Notes under the pieces: model-generated
Database searches by the model: none
Seen by the model: the letters and a program-made list of their open reading frames with translations, nothing else
Told to the model about the DNA's origin: nothing
DNA from: Ignavibacteria bacterium RBG_16_34_14
Lineage (GTDB): Bacteria; Bacteroidota; Ignavibacteria; Ignavibacteriales; Ignavibacteriaceae
DNA length: 64,000 bases
Direction: 5' to 3'
Assembly (NCBI GenBank): GCA_001802865.1
Contig: MHAF01000172.1
Location: 2,157 to 66,156 of the forward strand
Program-made: the position numbers and the translations under genes
Shown: positions 51,306 through 62,243 of the stretch, in pieces
Layout of the letters: every line of letters begins with the position of its first letter
Position numbering within the stretch: position 1 is the first letter of the stretch

Positions 51306-52895
51306 TTAGTTCGTTTCTAATGTAATTTCTTTACCGGTTTTCCTGGAAATAAACATAAACTTATCCGGCGGTATTGCGTCATCAGCCTGAAGCTTTAAGG
51401 TAATGAAATATTTAAAACGTAGTTTGGTTATAGTTTTGAAAAAACCTTCGGTTAATTTATCTGCTACTATAGAATGACATTTAATTGTGAAAGACCTTTC
51501 TTTTGTCTGACGTTTTAACTTTTTAATTAAATCTTCAAGATTATAAACAAGATGAGAATGCTTGGTTAACAATCCGGTACCTGAACAGTAGGGACAAACT
51601 TCTTTCATCGCCTGCATAATATTCTGGCGAATCCTTTGTCTTGTAATCTGGATTAGTCCGAAATCAGACATAGGTAGAATAGAAACTTTTGCCCTGTCTT
51701 TTCTAAATTCTTTTTTTAGCTCATCATAAACTTTCTTCCTGTTCTTTTCATCTTCAAGATCAATAAAATCTACTACGATTATTCCACCAATATCTCTAAG
51801 GCGTAATTGTCTTGCAATTTCTCTTGAGGCCTCAAGATCTGTTTTAAGAGAATTTTGTTCCTGCTCTTTGCTTTTTGCATACCTGCCGCTATTCACATCA
51901 ATAACTACCATTGCTTCAGTATGCTCAATAATAACGTAACCTCCGCTTGGCAAGGGCACTTTTCTTCCCATCAGCATTTTTATTTGCTCTTCAATTTTAA
52001 ATGAATCAAAGATCGAATCGGAAGTGCGGAAATTTTCTATTTTGTCTACAACTCCAGGTTGTACAAGCTGAACATAATTCTTAATCTGTCTGTATAATTT
52101 TCTTGAATCAATAAAAACCTTGGTAACATCAGCAGAGAAAAGATCCCTGATAACACTTGATGTAGTATTCAAATCCTGATAAACCAATGCAGGCGGCGTT
52201 TCAGATTTTGCCGTGTCTTCAATATCAGCCCAGGCTTTCATCAGGTTTTTGAGATCGTCATGCAATGCTTCTTCCGTTTGGTTTCTGGCAACTGTCCTTA
52301 TTATCAAGCCATAATTCTTAGGAAGAATACTTCTCGCTATATGCCTGAGTCGTTTTCTTTCTCTAAAGTCAGATATTCTTTTTGAAACTCCAACCTTATT
52401 ATCGAATGGAAGAAGAACGCAAAATCTTCCGGGGATTGATATTGAAGATGTAACCCGTACGCCTTTATTATTAACAGGTTCTTTAATTATCTGAATAAGA
52501 ATCTCCTGTCCTTTACTAAGTCTTGGAACGGGAAATTGTTCTTTTGGAGTTTCACTTTGAGGTTTAACTTCAGGTTGGATAATCTTATCTGTACCGTTAG
52601 AACTTTCATCCTCATCCTCATCCACTTCGGAATCATCATCTCCCAGCATTTCCTGGAACTGCTGAGTTCGCTCGCCTATATCCGAAAAATGAAGAAAGGC
52701 ATCATGCTTCATCCCGATATCAATAAAAGCCGCTCTTATACCCGGCAGCACTCTTGCAACTTTCCCCAGGTAAATATCCCCCACCATACGGCGGTTTTCA
52801 GGATAGTCGACAAAGAAGTCGACAAGGTTTCCATCTTCGGTTATTGCAACGCGTGTTTGTGACGAAGAGGAATTGATTATAATTTCTTTTATCAT
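51306..52895 (-). CDS. rng: Ribonuclease E/G family endoribonuclease (RNase G-like)
   Basis: It has an S1 domain (GDIYLGKVARVLPGIRAAFIDIG), a DNase-I-like core (VIDVNSG) and a Zn-link CPYCSGTG. Confidence 0.85.
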   Translation of the reverse strand: MIKEIIINSSSSQTRVAITEDGNLVDFFVDYPENRRMVGDIYLGKVARVLPGIRAAFIDIGMKHDAFLHFSDIGERTQQFQEMLGDDDSEVDEDEDESSNGTDKIIQPEVKPQSETPKEQFPVPRLSKGQEILIQIIKEPVNNKGVRVTSSISIPGRFCVLLPFDNKVGVSKRISDFRERKRLRHIARSILPKNYGLIIRTVARNQTEEALHDDLKNLMKAWADIEDTAKSETPPALVYQDLNTTSSVIRDLFSADVTKVFIDSRKLYRQIKNYVQLVQPGVVDKIENFRTSDSIFDSFKIEEQIKMLMGRKVPLPSGGYVIIEHTEAMVVIDVNSGRYAKSKEQEQNSLKTDLEASREIARQLRLRDIGGIIVVDFIDLEDEKNRKKVYDELKKEFRKDRAKVSILPMSDFGLIQITRQRIRQNIMQAMKEVCPYCSGTGLLTKHSHLVYNLEDLIKKLKRQTKERSFTIKCHSIVADKLTEGFFKTITKLRFKYFITLKLQADDAIPPDKFMFISRKTGKEITLETN

Positions 52896-53104
52896 AAAGA
52901 ATAAACTCTTTGATTGAAATAATCCCGCTTAAGCGGGAAAACAATTCTTTTAATGGAAGGATATAGCTGTAGGATTTGTTATTTCCAGCATAGGGGATAA
53001 ATCCCTCAATCATAAGGAAAGAAAATATTAAAAGAAATTTTCCCACAGTTAATGCTTCCTTTTGTTTAACTAAAACTTAATAGCACCCTGCTACGCAAAT
53101 CTTT

Positions 53105-53181
53105 GGAATAATGGAGTATCTGCCTGGCGGCAGACAGGTTGAAATTTTGAAATGATTTTTTTGAAATTTTTCCATTATTCC
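53105..53181. repeat. Nested inverted repeat in the pnp-rng spacer
   Basis: The 11-bp arms GGAATAATGGA (53105-53115) and TCCATTATTCC (53171-53181) enclose the mini-hairpin TCTGCC-TGGC-GGCAGA (53119-53134) and TTGAAATTTT direct repeats. Confidence 0.6.
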
Positions 53182-53236
53182 AGATATTAAATAATATGAA
53201 TAATAATAAAATGAACTTACTCTGTTACAGTCCGCC

Positions 53237-55354
53237 TCAGTCGGATTTTGCTTCCTCAACAGGTTCCTTTACAGTACCTTCTTTAAGAAGCTCTTTACGG
53301 CTTAAAGAGTATTTTCCATTTTCAAGCCTGATAAGCTTAACTGTAACTTTATCACCTTCTTTAAAATAATCAGAAACTTTTGCTACACGCTTATTATCAA
53401 TTTGTGAAATATGAAGCAATCCTTCCTTGCCGGGAAGGATTTCCACAAAGGCACCAAAATCCATTATCTTGGTTACCACACCATCATAAACTTCACCAAC
53501 TTCAGGAGTTGCTGTCATTTTCTTGATATGCTCTTTACATCTTGCGGCGCTTTCCCTGTTAGGTGATGCAATACTAACCGTTCCATCATCTTGAATATTA
53601 ATATCAACACCAAATAATCTTTGCATACCCTGAATAGTTTTTCCGCCAGGACCAATTATTAACCCAATCTGATCCTGCTCAACTTTCATTGTAAGAAGCC
53701 TTGGTGCATAAGGAGATAAATGTTCTCTTGCAACAGCTATTGCATTGTTCATTACACCAAGAATATATATTCTTCCTTCTTTAGCCTGTTGGAGAGCTTT
53801 CTCCATTATGTCGAACGAGATGCCTTTTATTTTTATATCCATCTGAAAAGCAGTTATACCGTCGTTTGTTCCGGCAACTTTAAAATCCATATCACCAAGA
53901 TGATCTTCATTTCCAAGAATATCTGATAGTATTGCATAGCGGTTATCTTCTTTTACAAGACCCATTGCAATTCCTGCAACAGCTTTTTTAATAGGAACTC
54001 CTGCATCCATTAGAGCAAGAGATCCTGCACACACAGTTGCCATAGACGATGAACCATTTGATTCAAGTATATCTGAAATTAATCTTACTGTATATGGAAA
54101 AGCAGATTCCTCAGGAAAAACCATCTTTAAGGATCTTTCGGCAAGATTACCATGACCAACTTCTCTCCTGCCAACTCCCATCATTCTTCCAACTTCACCA
54201 ACACTGAACGGAGGAAAATTGTAATGAAGCATAAATTTCTTGGAATATTCATCTACCAAACCTTCAATAGTTTGCTCATCATTCTTTGTTCCAAGGGTTA
54301 CTGTTGTTAAGCTTTGTGTTTCTCCTCTTGTAAAGAGAGCAGAACCATGAGTCCTTGGAAGTACAGTAGTTTCAATTGAGATATGACGGATTTGTGTTGT
54401 ATTTCTTCCATCAAGCCTGATACCCTCTGAAAGAATTCTTTCACGCATCAGCTCTTTTTCAATATCATGCAGTAATGCTGCAATAACTTTTTCTTTATCA
54501 GGATATTTTTCTGCGAGTTCACTCTGAACAGATGCAATAAGCTCTTTATTTCTGCGGCCTCTCTCTTCTTTTGTTAAGATAGAATAAACTATTTCTTTGA
54601 ACTTATCAAAAGCAAGATTATAAACATCTTTCTTAAGATTTTCATCTGCTGCAGGAGCGGCAACTTCCACTTTCTTCTTATTAACTTCTCTTACAAGATC
54701 TAACTGAAGCTGAACAAGCTTCTTTATCTCTTGCTGTGCATATTTAAGAGCAGAGAGCATATCATTTTCGCTTATTTCTTTTGCTTCGCCTTCAACCATT
54801 AATATTGAATCAGTAGTACCGGCTACAACAAGCTCAAGTTCACTTTCCTGAAGCTGCTGATGTGTGGGATTAACAATAAGTTCGCCATTAATTCTGCCAA
54901 TTCTTACTTCAGCAACCGGACCTTCAAAAGGGATGTCTGAAATTGATAATGCCGCTGAAGCACCTGTTGCAGCAAGAACATCGGCATCATTTTCACCATC
55001 ATAAGAAAAGACGAGAGCAATTACTTGTGTTTCATTATTATAATTTTCCGGGAAGAGCGGCCTGATTGGTCTATCAATTAATCTTGCACTAAGAATTTCT
55101 TTCTCAGTTGGTCTCCCTTCTCTTTTTATATAACCACCGGGAATCTTTCCTGCGGCAGATGTTTTCTCCCTGTATTCAACCTGAAGTGGGAAATAATCTA
55201 TATCTTCGGGGACACTTTCTGCAGCAACAGCAGTAACAAGAACCATTGTATCACCGTATCTAACCATAACAGCCCCATTTGACTGCTTTGCAAATCTTCC
55301 TGTCTCGATAGAAAACTTTTTTCCACCAATATCTGTTTCTTTAATTAAAACCAT
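53237..55354 (-). CDS. pnp: Polyribonucleotide nucleotidyltransferase (PNPase)
   Basis: It has two RNase PH domains plus KH and S1 domains (GEVYDGVVTKIMDFGAFVEI). Confidence 0.95.
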   Translation of the reverse strand: MVLIKETDIGGKKFSIETGRFAKQSNGAVMVRYGDTMVLVTAVAAESVPEDIDYFPLQVEYREKTSAAGKIPGGYIKREGRPTEKEILSARLIDRPIRPLFPENYNNETQVIALVFSYDGENDADVLAATGASAALSISDIPFEGPVAEVRIGRINGELIVNPTHQQLQESELELVVAGTTDSILMVEGEAKEISENDMLSALKYAQQEIKKLVQLQLDLVREVNKKKVEVAAPAADENLKKDVYNLAFDKFKEIVYSILTKEERGRRNKELIASVQSELAEKYPDKEKVIAALLHDIEKELMRERILSEGIRLDGRNTTQIRHISIETTVLPRTHGSALFTRGETQSLTTVTLGTKNDEQTIEGLVDEYSKKFMLHYNFPPFSVGEVGRMMGVGRREVGHGNLAERSLKMVFPEESAFPYTVRLISDILESNGSSSMATVCAGSLALMDAGVPIKKAVAGIAMGLVKEDNRYAILSDILGNEDHLGDMDFKVAGTNDGITAFQMDIKIKGISFDIMEKALQQAKEGRIYILGVMNNAIAVAREHLSPYAPRLLTMKVEQDQIGLIIGPGGKTIQGMQRLFGVDINIQDDGTVSIASPNRESAARCKEHIKKMTATPEVGEVYDGVVTKIMDFGAFVEILPGKEGLLHISQIDNKRVAKVSDYFKEGDKVTVKLIRLENGKYSLSRKELLKEGTVKEPVEEAKSD

Positions 55355-55365
55355 TTCAAATCCTT

Positions 55366-55629
55366 TTATTTTCTGATATTTAATTCTTTAATTATACTTC
55401 TGTATCTCTCAATATCTTTTTTCATTAGATAATCGAGAAGTCTTCTTCTTTTACCAACCATCAGCATTAAACCTCTTCGCGAATGGTGGTCTTTTACATG
55501 TTTATTAAAATGATCGGTAAGATCATTAATCCTTTTGGTAAGTAAAGCAATCTGTACTTCAGATTTTCCTGTATCGTTCTCGCCAGCACCATATTTTTTA
55601 ACTACCTCAAGCTTTTCTTCTTTTGTCAT
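55366..55629 (-). CDS. rpsO: 30S ribosomal protein S15
   Basis: [34 protein letters not shown] is the S15 signature. Confidence 0.95.
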   Translation of the reverse strand: MTKEEKLEVVKKYGAGENDTGKSEVQIALLTKRINDLTDHFNKHVKDHHSRRGLMLMVGKRRRLLDYLMKKDIERYRSIIKELNIRK

Positions 55630-55724
55630 TTAACTATCCTTTTATTTTGTTGTATGATATAATCCCAGAATCTTGTCCGCCCATTGGCGGAAACCGGGAT
55701 TAATTAATTAAACTTTTATTTTAC

Positions 55725-55786
55725 GTCATGCTGAACTTGTTTCAGCATCTTCCACATAAAAGATTCCGAAACAAGTTCGGAATGAC
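55725..55786. repeat. Composite palindromic REP-like element (copy 2, simple loops)
   Basis: The element reads GTCATGCTGAACTTGTTTCAGCATC...GATTCCGAAACAAGTTCGGAATGAC. The two 25-nt units are inverted relatives of each other. A TCCGCC-CATT-GGCGGA mini-hairpin lies 35 nt upstream at 55676-55691. Confidence 0.7.
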
Positions 55787-55789
55787 ATC

Positions 55790-56743
55790 TCAAATTTTTC
55801 TTAAAATTTCCAGTCCTGCTTCTTTATCTTTATTCATTTGTATGACCAGGTTTTCTACAGAAGAAAATTTTTCTTCCCCTCTTAGTCTTTCAATAACGTT
55901 CACCGTTACGAATTCATCATAAATATCTTCATCAAAATCATATACATAAACTTCGGGAATTATGTTTCCTTCATTATAAAATGTTGGTCTTTTTCCTACA
56001 CTTAATAAACCGTAATATTTATTACCTTTAACAAAAAATTCAACAACATAAATACCCAGAGCAGGCAGAAGCTTGTCTTCATCATCTATTTTAATGTTTG
56101 CAGTTGGAAATCCAAGTGCTCTGCCTCTATTATCCCCGTGAACCACAATTCCGCTAAAGGAATAATATCTTCCAAGTAATTCATTAGAGTACCGGATATT
56201 TCCATCAGTTAGAGCTTTTCTGATTTCAGTACTGCTGATTTTATCTTTGTTAAGAGCAACTTCTCCAACTTTATACACTTTAAAGTTATTTTTTTCTCCC
56301 ATTTCAATTAAAGTTTCGATACCTCCACCTCTTCCACGTCCAAAACGAAAATCATAACCAATTACAATTTCTTTTAATCCAATACCATTTATTATATAAT
56401 CAGAAAAGAATTTTTCTGCCGGAAGCTGAGAAAATTCTTTAGTAAAGTTGATAACAAACAAGTTTTCAATTCCTAGTTTTTCCAGAACCTGTTCCTTTTC
56501 ATTCAATGTACTCAAAACCTTAAGGCTGCTTTGTCCTGTTAAAACATTCCTCGGATGCGGATTAAAAGTAACAAGAAAACTTCTTGCCCTTAATTCGACA
56601 GCTTTTTTCCTTACTTTTTCAATAATTTCCTGGTGACCCAAATGAATACCGTCAAAAGTTCCGATTGTTACAACAGTATTTTCATCCTTCTTTATGGAAA
56701 ACAGGTCATTATATACTTGCATATTCCGGTTTATTGGGTACAA
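55790..56743 (-). CDS. ribF: Bifunctional riboflavin kinase/FAD synthetase
   Basis: It has TIGTFDGIHLGHQ and a C-terminal riboflavin kinase domain (GRALGFPTAN). Confidence 0.9.
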   Translation of the reverse strand: MYPINRNMQVYNDLFSIKKDENTVVTIGTFDGIHLGHQEIIEKVRKKAVELRARSFLVTFNPHPRNVLTGQSSLKVLSTLNEKEQVLEKLGIENLFVINFTKEFSQLPAEKFFSDYIINGIGLKEIVIGYDFRFGRGRGGGIETLIEMGEKNNFKVYKVGEVALNKDKISSTEIRKALTDGNIRYSNELLGRYYSFSGIVVHGDNRGRALGFPTANIKIDDEDKLLPALGIYVVEFFVKGNKYYGLLSVGKRPTFYNEGNIIPEVYVYDFDEDIYDEFVTVNVIERLRGEEKFSSVENLVIQMNKDKEAGLEILRKI

Positions 56744-56809
56744 ATAGCGTGTAAATATAACTGAATTATGACTTAAAGTGAAATTGATTAGGCGTATGAT
56801 GTATTACTA

Positions 56810-57517
56810 TTATTGTAAGTATTTTGTTGTTAATTTTTCTATAAACTCATCAACCCTCATTGTATCTTCAACAGAATAACTTCCAATCTTTGTTCTTCTT
56901 AAGGAACTAAGCAGCCCACCGCAGCCGAGCTTTTTTCCAAAATCATCTGCAATTGCACGAATGTAAGTTCCTTTAGAGCAGGTTATTTCAAAATCAACGT
57001 CAGGAAGATTAATTTTAGTAATTATAAAATCATATACTGTAACTTCTCTTTCTGACCTTTCAACTACTTTCCCTTTTCTTGCAAGATGATATAAACTCTT
57101 ACCTTTGTATTTTACCGCTGAATACATAGGAGGAATCTGTTTAATTCTACCAATAAACTCATCTCTCACTTTGTCAATATCTTCTTCAGAAATATGATCA
57201 AAAGATTTTTCAGACGTTATTTCCGTTTCAAGATCCATTGATGGGGATGTTTTGCCGAGAGTTATTGTACCGGTATAAGTTTTCTCAAGAGCCTGATATT
57301 CATTAATAGATTTTGTTTTTTTACCTGTGGCAACTATCAGAAGACCGGTAGCCATTGGGTCAAGAGTTCCGGCATGACCGACTTTCTTAACCCCGATTGC
57401 ATTTCTTACTTTTCTTATAACTTTGAAAGAGGACCAGCCGGCAGGTTTATCTACAAGAATTATTTCTCCGGCTCTGAAGTCAATTCCGGAGAGATCATCT
57501 GTTCTCTTTGTTATCAT
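56810..57517 (-). CDS. truB: tRNA pseudouridine(55) synthase
   Basis: KVGHAGTLDPMATGLL is the catalytic Asp motif. Confidence 0.9.
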   Translation of the reverse strand: MITKRTDDLSGIDFRAGEIILVDKPAGWSSFKVIRKVRNAIGVKKVGHAGTLDPMATGLLIVATGKKTKSINEYQALEKTYTGTITLGKTSPSMDLETEITSEKSFDHISEEDIDKVRDEFIGRIKQIPPMYSAVKYKGKSLYHLARKGKVVERSEREVTVYDFIITKINLPDVDFEITCSKGTYIRAIADDFGKKLGCGGLLSSLRRTKIGSYSVEDTMRVDEFIEKLTTKYLQ

Positions 57518-57851
57518 TCTTATGGATTTCTTTTATCAATCCATCAATTTTCTCAACGTAATCAAGCGTGTCATCAATAAAAAATTTCAATTCGGGTACA
57601 AATTTAATTCTTATTTTTGAAGCAAGCTCTGATCTGATAAATCCTGATACAGATTTAACTCTCTCAAGAACAGATTCTCTTTTATCTTTTTCAAATACAG
57701 AAATGTAAACTCTTGCGATTTTGAGATCGGGGCTTATTTTTACATTTGTCACTGTAAGGAATCCAAATGCCGGATCCTGAAGCTTCCGGAGAAAGATTAA
57801 ACTGACTTCCTGCTTAATAAGATTTTCAACTTTTTCTACTCGGTGAGGCAT
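57495..57851 (-). CDS. rbfA: Ribosome-binding factor A
   Basis: RVEKVENLIKQEVSLIF...LTVTNVKISPDLKIARVY is the RbfA signature. Confidence 0.9.
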   Translation of the reverse strand: MPHRVEKVENLIKQEVSLIFLRKLQDPAFGFLTVTNVKISPDLKIARVYISVFEKDKRESVLERVKSVSGFIRSELASKIRIKFVPELKFFIDDTLDYVEKIDGLIKEIHKNDNKENR

Positions 57852-57936
57852 TTTACGAAATCCTTTCTGAAAAGAAGTATGAGAACCTTAAAAGTTAGCG
57901 TGTGGTTAACTACATCTTAACTTCGAAGGTTATAAA

Positions 57937-60477
57937 CTATGCAAGCTTTTTCCTGGTTTCTACAAATTTGTAGGCTTCAATCACGTCACCAACTTTAACA
58001 TCATTATAATTTGCAATGTTCAAGCCGCATTCATAACCTGCATCTACTTCTCTTACATCATCTTTAAATCTTCTTAGTGACCCTATTTCGCCATCGTGAA
58101 CAACAATTCCATCTCTTATTAACCTGATTTTACTGTTTCTTGTGATTTTACCTTCCTGCACATAACATCCTGCAACCGTTCCGAATTTAGGAACTTTAAA
58201 AGTATCTCTAATTTCAAGTGTAGCAATAATTTCTTCAGAAACTATCGGTGAAAGAAGACCTTCGAGAGCTGATTTAACCTCATTAATTGCATCATAAATA
58301 ACGTTATATAAGCGAATATCAACTTTCTGAGATTCGGCAAGTTTTCTTGCATTAAGATTGGGTCTTACATGAAAACCAACAATAATTGCATTGGAAGCAG
58401 ATGCAAGAAGAACATCACTTTCCGATATTCCGCCGACTCCTTTATGAATTACTTTTACAACAACCTCTTCAGTAGATAATTTCATTAATGAATCGGAGAG
58501 AGCTTCAACCGAACCATCAACATCACCTTTAACAATAAGAGCCAGCTCTTTAACACCGCCAACACTTATATTTTTAGCAATTTCATCAAGAGTAATATGA
58601 TGAACCTGTTTCTGATCCTGTTCTCTTTTAAGCTGCTGTCTTTTAATAGAGATTTCTCTTGCATCTCTCTCAGATTCTACAACAATAAAATTATCGCCAG
58701 CCTGGGGTGCACCTTCAAATCCAAGAACAAGTACAGGAACAGAGGGGTAAGCTTCATACACTTTTTTACCCCTTTCATCAAACATTGCTCTTACCTTCCC
58801 AAAATAAACTCCGGCAACAAAAGGATCTCCAATTTTTAAAATTCCTTTCTGCACCAAAATGGTTCCTGTTATTCCTTTCCCCTTATCAAGCTCTGACTCA
58901 ACAACAGCACCTCTTGCTTCCCTATCTGGATTTGCTTTTAAATCAAGCAGTTCTGCTTCCAATAATATTTTCTCCAGAAGCAAATCAACATTCTTACCTA
59001 ACTTAGCAGAAATTTCTATACACTGGTTTTTCCCTCCCCATTCTTCAACAAGGATATTTCTATCTGCAAGCTGCTGTTTTATTTTCTCCGGATTAGCACC
59101 CGGCTTATCAATTTTATTTATTGCTATCACAATCGGTACATTTGCCGCCTGTGCATGATTAATTGCCTCAACAGTCTGGGGCATCACTGCATCATCGGCA
59201 GCAACAACGATAACAACAATATCTGTTAATTGGGCCCCTCTAGCACGCATTGCTGTAAATGCTTCGTGACCCGGAGTATCCAGAAATGTAATAAATTTAT
59301 TATCTCCGATGTCTACACGGTAAGCCCCGATATGCTGCGTAATTCCACCTGCTTCTCCAGCAACTACATTTGATCTTCTTATATAATCCAGTAATGATGT
59401 TTTCCCATGATCTACGTGACCCATTATTGTGACAACAGGTGGACGTGGTTTTAGTGTTTCGGAATCATCAGGAGTATCTTCAAGAACTTCCGATGTATAT
59501 TCCTTCTGAAATTCAACCTCAAATCCAAATTCATCAGCAACGAGAGTGATAGTATCAACATCAAGTCTCTGGTTTATTGATACCATTAATCCAAGCTCAA
59601 TACATTTTGAAATTACATCACTGACCTGGACATCCATCAGGTTTGCCATTTCGCTTGCTGAGATGTATTCATTAACTTTAATCTTTTTTTCTTCAATAAT
59701 TCTTAGTTCCTGCTGCTTTTCTTGTTCAGCTTCTCTCTCTTTCCTTTTTCTCTTTCGCTGTATAGCTCTGCCGGACATAACGGTTTCATCCATGCTGAGA
59801 AGAGTTTTTCTTATAGCTTCTTTAACTTCCTTCTGGTCAATTTCAAATTTCTTAATTTTCTTTCGCTTTTTAGCAACTACCGGGTCTTCAGGAACTGTTT
59901 CGGTAGGCTTTTTTCTTGGCTTTGGTTTCTTCTTCTTTTTAATAACAGATTCTTTTTCTCCCCCTTTTTCTTTAGCTTTTTCTTCTGCTTTTTTGTTATC
60001 TCCCCCCAGATCAATTTTCCCAACAACTTTAAGTCCTTTTCTTTTATCAACCTCAGCTTCTTTTGGAGTTTTAAAAGCTTTTTCTCCTTCTTTTATCTCT
60101 TCAGGCCTCTTTAAAATACCCTGCTCTCCGGGTTTGAACTCAACTTTCTCTTCAACCTGCTGAACCACAACTTCTTCAACAACAGTTCCGGTTATTTTTT
60201 CTTCAACTTTTCCAGCTTTTTCTTTTTCTTCCCGGTCAGCTTTTTCAGTTCTTTTCTTATTAAATTCAGCAACTTTTTTCTTATGCTTCTCAGCTTTTTC
60301 AATATCCTTTTTAAAATGATCATTAATGTCCTGGATCATTTCGTCGGAAAGCAAAGAATTACGGGATTTAACATCATGTCCTTTTTTCTGCAGAAATTCT
60401 AACAGATTTTCCGCAGAGAGATTATATTCCGAGGCAAGCTTAACTACTCTTAGTTTCTTTTCTTTTACTTCAGGCAT
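57937..60477 (-). CDS. infB: Translation initiation factor IF-2
   Basis: It has a K/E-rich N-terminal region and a G domain ([21 protein letters not shown]). Confidence 0.95.
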   Translation of the reverse strand: MPEVKEKKLRVVKLASEYNLSAENLLEFLQKKGHDVKSRNSLLSDEMIQDINDHFKKDIEKAEKHKKKVAEFNKKRTEKADREEKEKAGKVEEKITGTVVEEVVVQQVEEKVEFKPGEQGILKRPEEIKEGEKAFKTPKEAEVDKRKGLKVVGKIDLGGDNKKAEEKAKEKGGEKESVIKKKKKPKPRKKPTETVPEDPVVAKKRKKIKKFEIDQKEVKEAIRKTLLSMDETVMSGRAIQRKRKRKEREAEQEKQQELRIIEEKKIKVNEYISASEMANLMDVQVSDVISKCIELGLMVSINQRLDVDTITLVADEFGFEVEFQKEYTSEVLEDTPDDSETLKPRPPVVTIMGHVDHGKTSLLDYIRRSNVVAGEAGGITQHIGAYRVDIGDNKFITFLDTPGHEAFTAMRARGAQLTDIVVIVVAADDAVMPQTVEAINHAQAANVPIVIAINKIDKPGANPEKIKQQLADRNILVEEWGGKNQCIEISAKLGKNVDLLLEKILLEAELLDLKANPDREARGAVVESELDKGKGITGTILVQKGILKIGDPFVAGVYFGKVRAMFDERGKKVYEAYPSVPVLVLGFEGAPQAGDNFIVVESERDAREISIKRQQLKREQDQKQVHHITLDEIAKNISVGGVKELALIVKGDVDGSVEALSDSLMKLSTEEVVVKVIHKGVGGISESDVLLASASNAIIVGFHVRPNLNARKLAESQKVDIRLYNVIYDAINEVKSALEGLLSPIVSEEIIATLEIRDTFKVPKFGTVAGCYVQEGKITRNSKIRLIRDGIVVHDGEIGSLRRFKDDVREVDAGYECGLNIANYNDVKVGDVIEAYKFVETRKKLA

Positions 60478-60488
60478 AGGCTGTCCGT

Positions 60489-61739
60489 TTATTCTTCCTC
60501 TTCTTCAAATTGTGATTTAATTATCTCAATGATCTCATTAATTTTTTCTTCGTTAAGAGCCTCTATTTCTTTCAGTTTTTCAGGACCTGCCGTTAAAACT
60601 TCAATGGCAGTATCATAGCGATGATTAATCAAAAGTTGATAAATATCTTCACCGAGTTCATCTTTAAGATCAATCAGTTCAATATCCTCTTCATACTCTT
60701 CAAACGGTTTTTCTTCCCTGATCACTTCGATATCATAACCTGTTAGTTTCATTGCAAGACGGATATTAACACCATTCCTTCCAACTAAGAGAGATACCTG
60801 GTCACTGTCTGCATTAACAGTAGCTTTTTTTATTTCCTCATCAATTTCGATCTTTTTTAGTTTTGCAGGAGCTAATGCTTTCTGAATAAAAGTATATGGA
60901 TCTTCGGAATAATTTATAACATCTATATTCTCATTGTTAAGCTCTCTTACAATTGCATGAATACGAACTCCTTTCATTCCAACGCATGCACCTACTGCAT
61001 CTATTCTTGAATCCTGCGATTCAACTGCGACTTTTGCTCTTTCACCCGGTTCACGGGCAATTGATTTAATTTCAATAATACCATCATATATTTCGGGGAT
61101 TTCAATCTCGAAAAGTCTTCTAAGGAACAGGTTATCTGCACGAGACACTATGATTACAGGACCGCTGCTGCCCTTTTTAACTTCTTTAACAATTGCCCTT
61201 ACAGTCTCTCCTTTTTTATAACGTTCAAAGGGGATTTGTTCAGAACGCGGGAGAACCAATTCGTTTTTATTATGATTAACAAGTATATCACTCTTCCTGA
61301 TTTGATAAATATCTCCAACTACAATCTCACCCAGCAATTCTTTATACTCATTATAGATTACATCCTTTTCAATCTCGCGTATCTTCTGATTTAAACTTTG
61401 TTTTGCAAGAGTTATAAGTCTTCTTCCTAATGAAATCAGTTCAATCTTTTCCGAATAATCATCACCGATATCCAATTCATCTTCATTTCCTTTCCTGTTA
61501 ACCTCTTCAAGGCTTACTTGTGTATTGGGATTCTCAACTGTTTCAACTATTTCACGTTCTATATATAACTCAATATCTCCTCTATCCATATTGACAACAA
61601 CATCATACTTTGCATCCTCGCCATATTTCTTTTTAATCAACAATCCAAATACTTCCTCAAGAATGCCTCCTAACACATCTTTATCAATGCCTTTTTCCCT
61701 TACCATCTGGGCAAAGGATTCAACAATGTCTACATTCAT
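60489..61739 (-). CDS. nusA: Transcription termination/antitermination factor NusA
   Basis: It has an N-terminal domain, an S1 domain, two KH domains (GACVGMKGVRI) and an acidic tail. Confidence 0.95.
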   Translation of the reverse strand: MNVDIVESFAQMVREKGIDKDVLGGILEEVFGLLIKKKYGEDAKYDVVVNMDRGDIELYIEREIVETVENPNTQVSLEEVNRKGNEDELDIGDDYSEKIELISLGRRLITLAKQSLNQKIREIEKDVIYNEYKELLGEIVVGDIYQIRKSDILVNHNKNELVLPRSEQIPFERYKKGETVRAIVKEVKKGSSGPVIIVSRADNLFLRRLFEIEIPEIYDGIIEIKSIAREPGERAKVAVESQDSRIDAVGACVGMKGVRIHAIVRELNNENIDVINYSEDPYTFIQKALAPAKLKKIEIDEEIKKATVNADSDQVSLLVGRNGVNIRLAMKLTGYDIEVIREEKPFEEYEEDIELIDLKDELGEDIYQLLINHRYDTAIEVLTAGPEKLKEIEALNEEKINEIIEIIKSQFEEEEE

Positions 61740-61754
61740 TTTATAATATCTCCT

Positions 61755-62213
61755 CTATGAAAAACTTAATAATACTTTTGCTTTAATAATATTTTTGAAT
61801 TTAACAATAATTTCTTTTTTATCCTTTGTTAGAAATTTTAGCTCATCAGCCTGAACTTCAATTAACTGAGCCTCTGTGTTTTTGGTTTCATCATCCTGCA
61901 GATAAGCGAGTTCAAATTTCTTATTTAAATGCTTTGGGAACTGCTCTATAAACTTTAATGGTCTGTCAACTCCAGGAGAAGAAACATCAAGCCTGTAAAA
62001 CTTATCCTGTCCAATAATATTTTGAATCTTATTGTTTAATTCCCGGCTTACCTTAGAGCAATCATCAGCATTAATATAATGCTCACCATCAATATAAACT
62101 TCAATCACCTGGTTTCTTCCATGACCTCTGAGATTGAAATCAATCAGGAAATAACCGAAGTTTGTGACAACTTCTTCTGTAATCTCTTTAATATTTCCTG
62201 CATTAATATTCAT
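61755..62213 (-). CDS. rimP: Ribosome maturation factor RimP
   Basis: It is the first gene of the conserved rimP-nusA-infB operon, and ...YRLDVSSPGVDRPL is the RimP motif. Confidence 0.85.
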   Translation of the reverse strand: MNINAGNIKEITEEVVTNFGYFLIDFNLRGHGRNQVIEVYIDGEHYINADDCSKVSRELNNKIQNIIGQDKFYRLDVSSPGVDRPLKFIEQFPKHLNKKFELAYLQDDETKNTEAQLIEVQADELKFLTKDKKEIIVKFKNIIKAKVLLSFS

Positions 62214-62215
62214 AG

Positions 62216-62243
62216 AAACAAAAATCGCCCTCTAGGGGCGAAA
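62216..62243 (-). terminator. Terminator-like GC hairpin directly abutting the rimP start codon
   Basis: On the minus strand TCGCCC-CTAGA-GGGCGA is followed by TTTTGTTTCT and then the ATG. Confidence 0.5.

Noticed and set aside
59546-60163. Long plus-strand ORFs (205 aa, 130 aa, 99 aa and similar) antisense to infB
   Set aside because: They lie opposite the K/E-rich low-complexity N-terminal region of IF-2. They translate to Ser/Phe/Leu-rich low-complexity strings, which are antisense artefacts of GAA/AAA-rich coding sequence.
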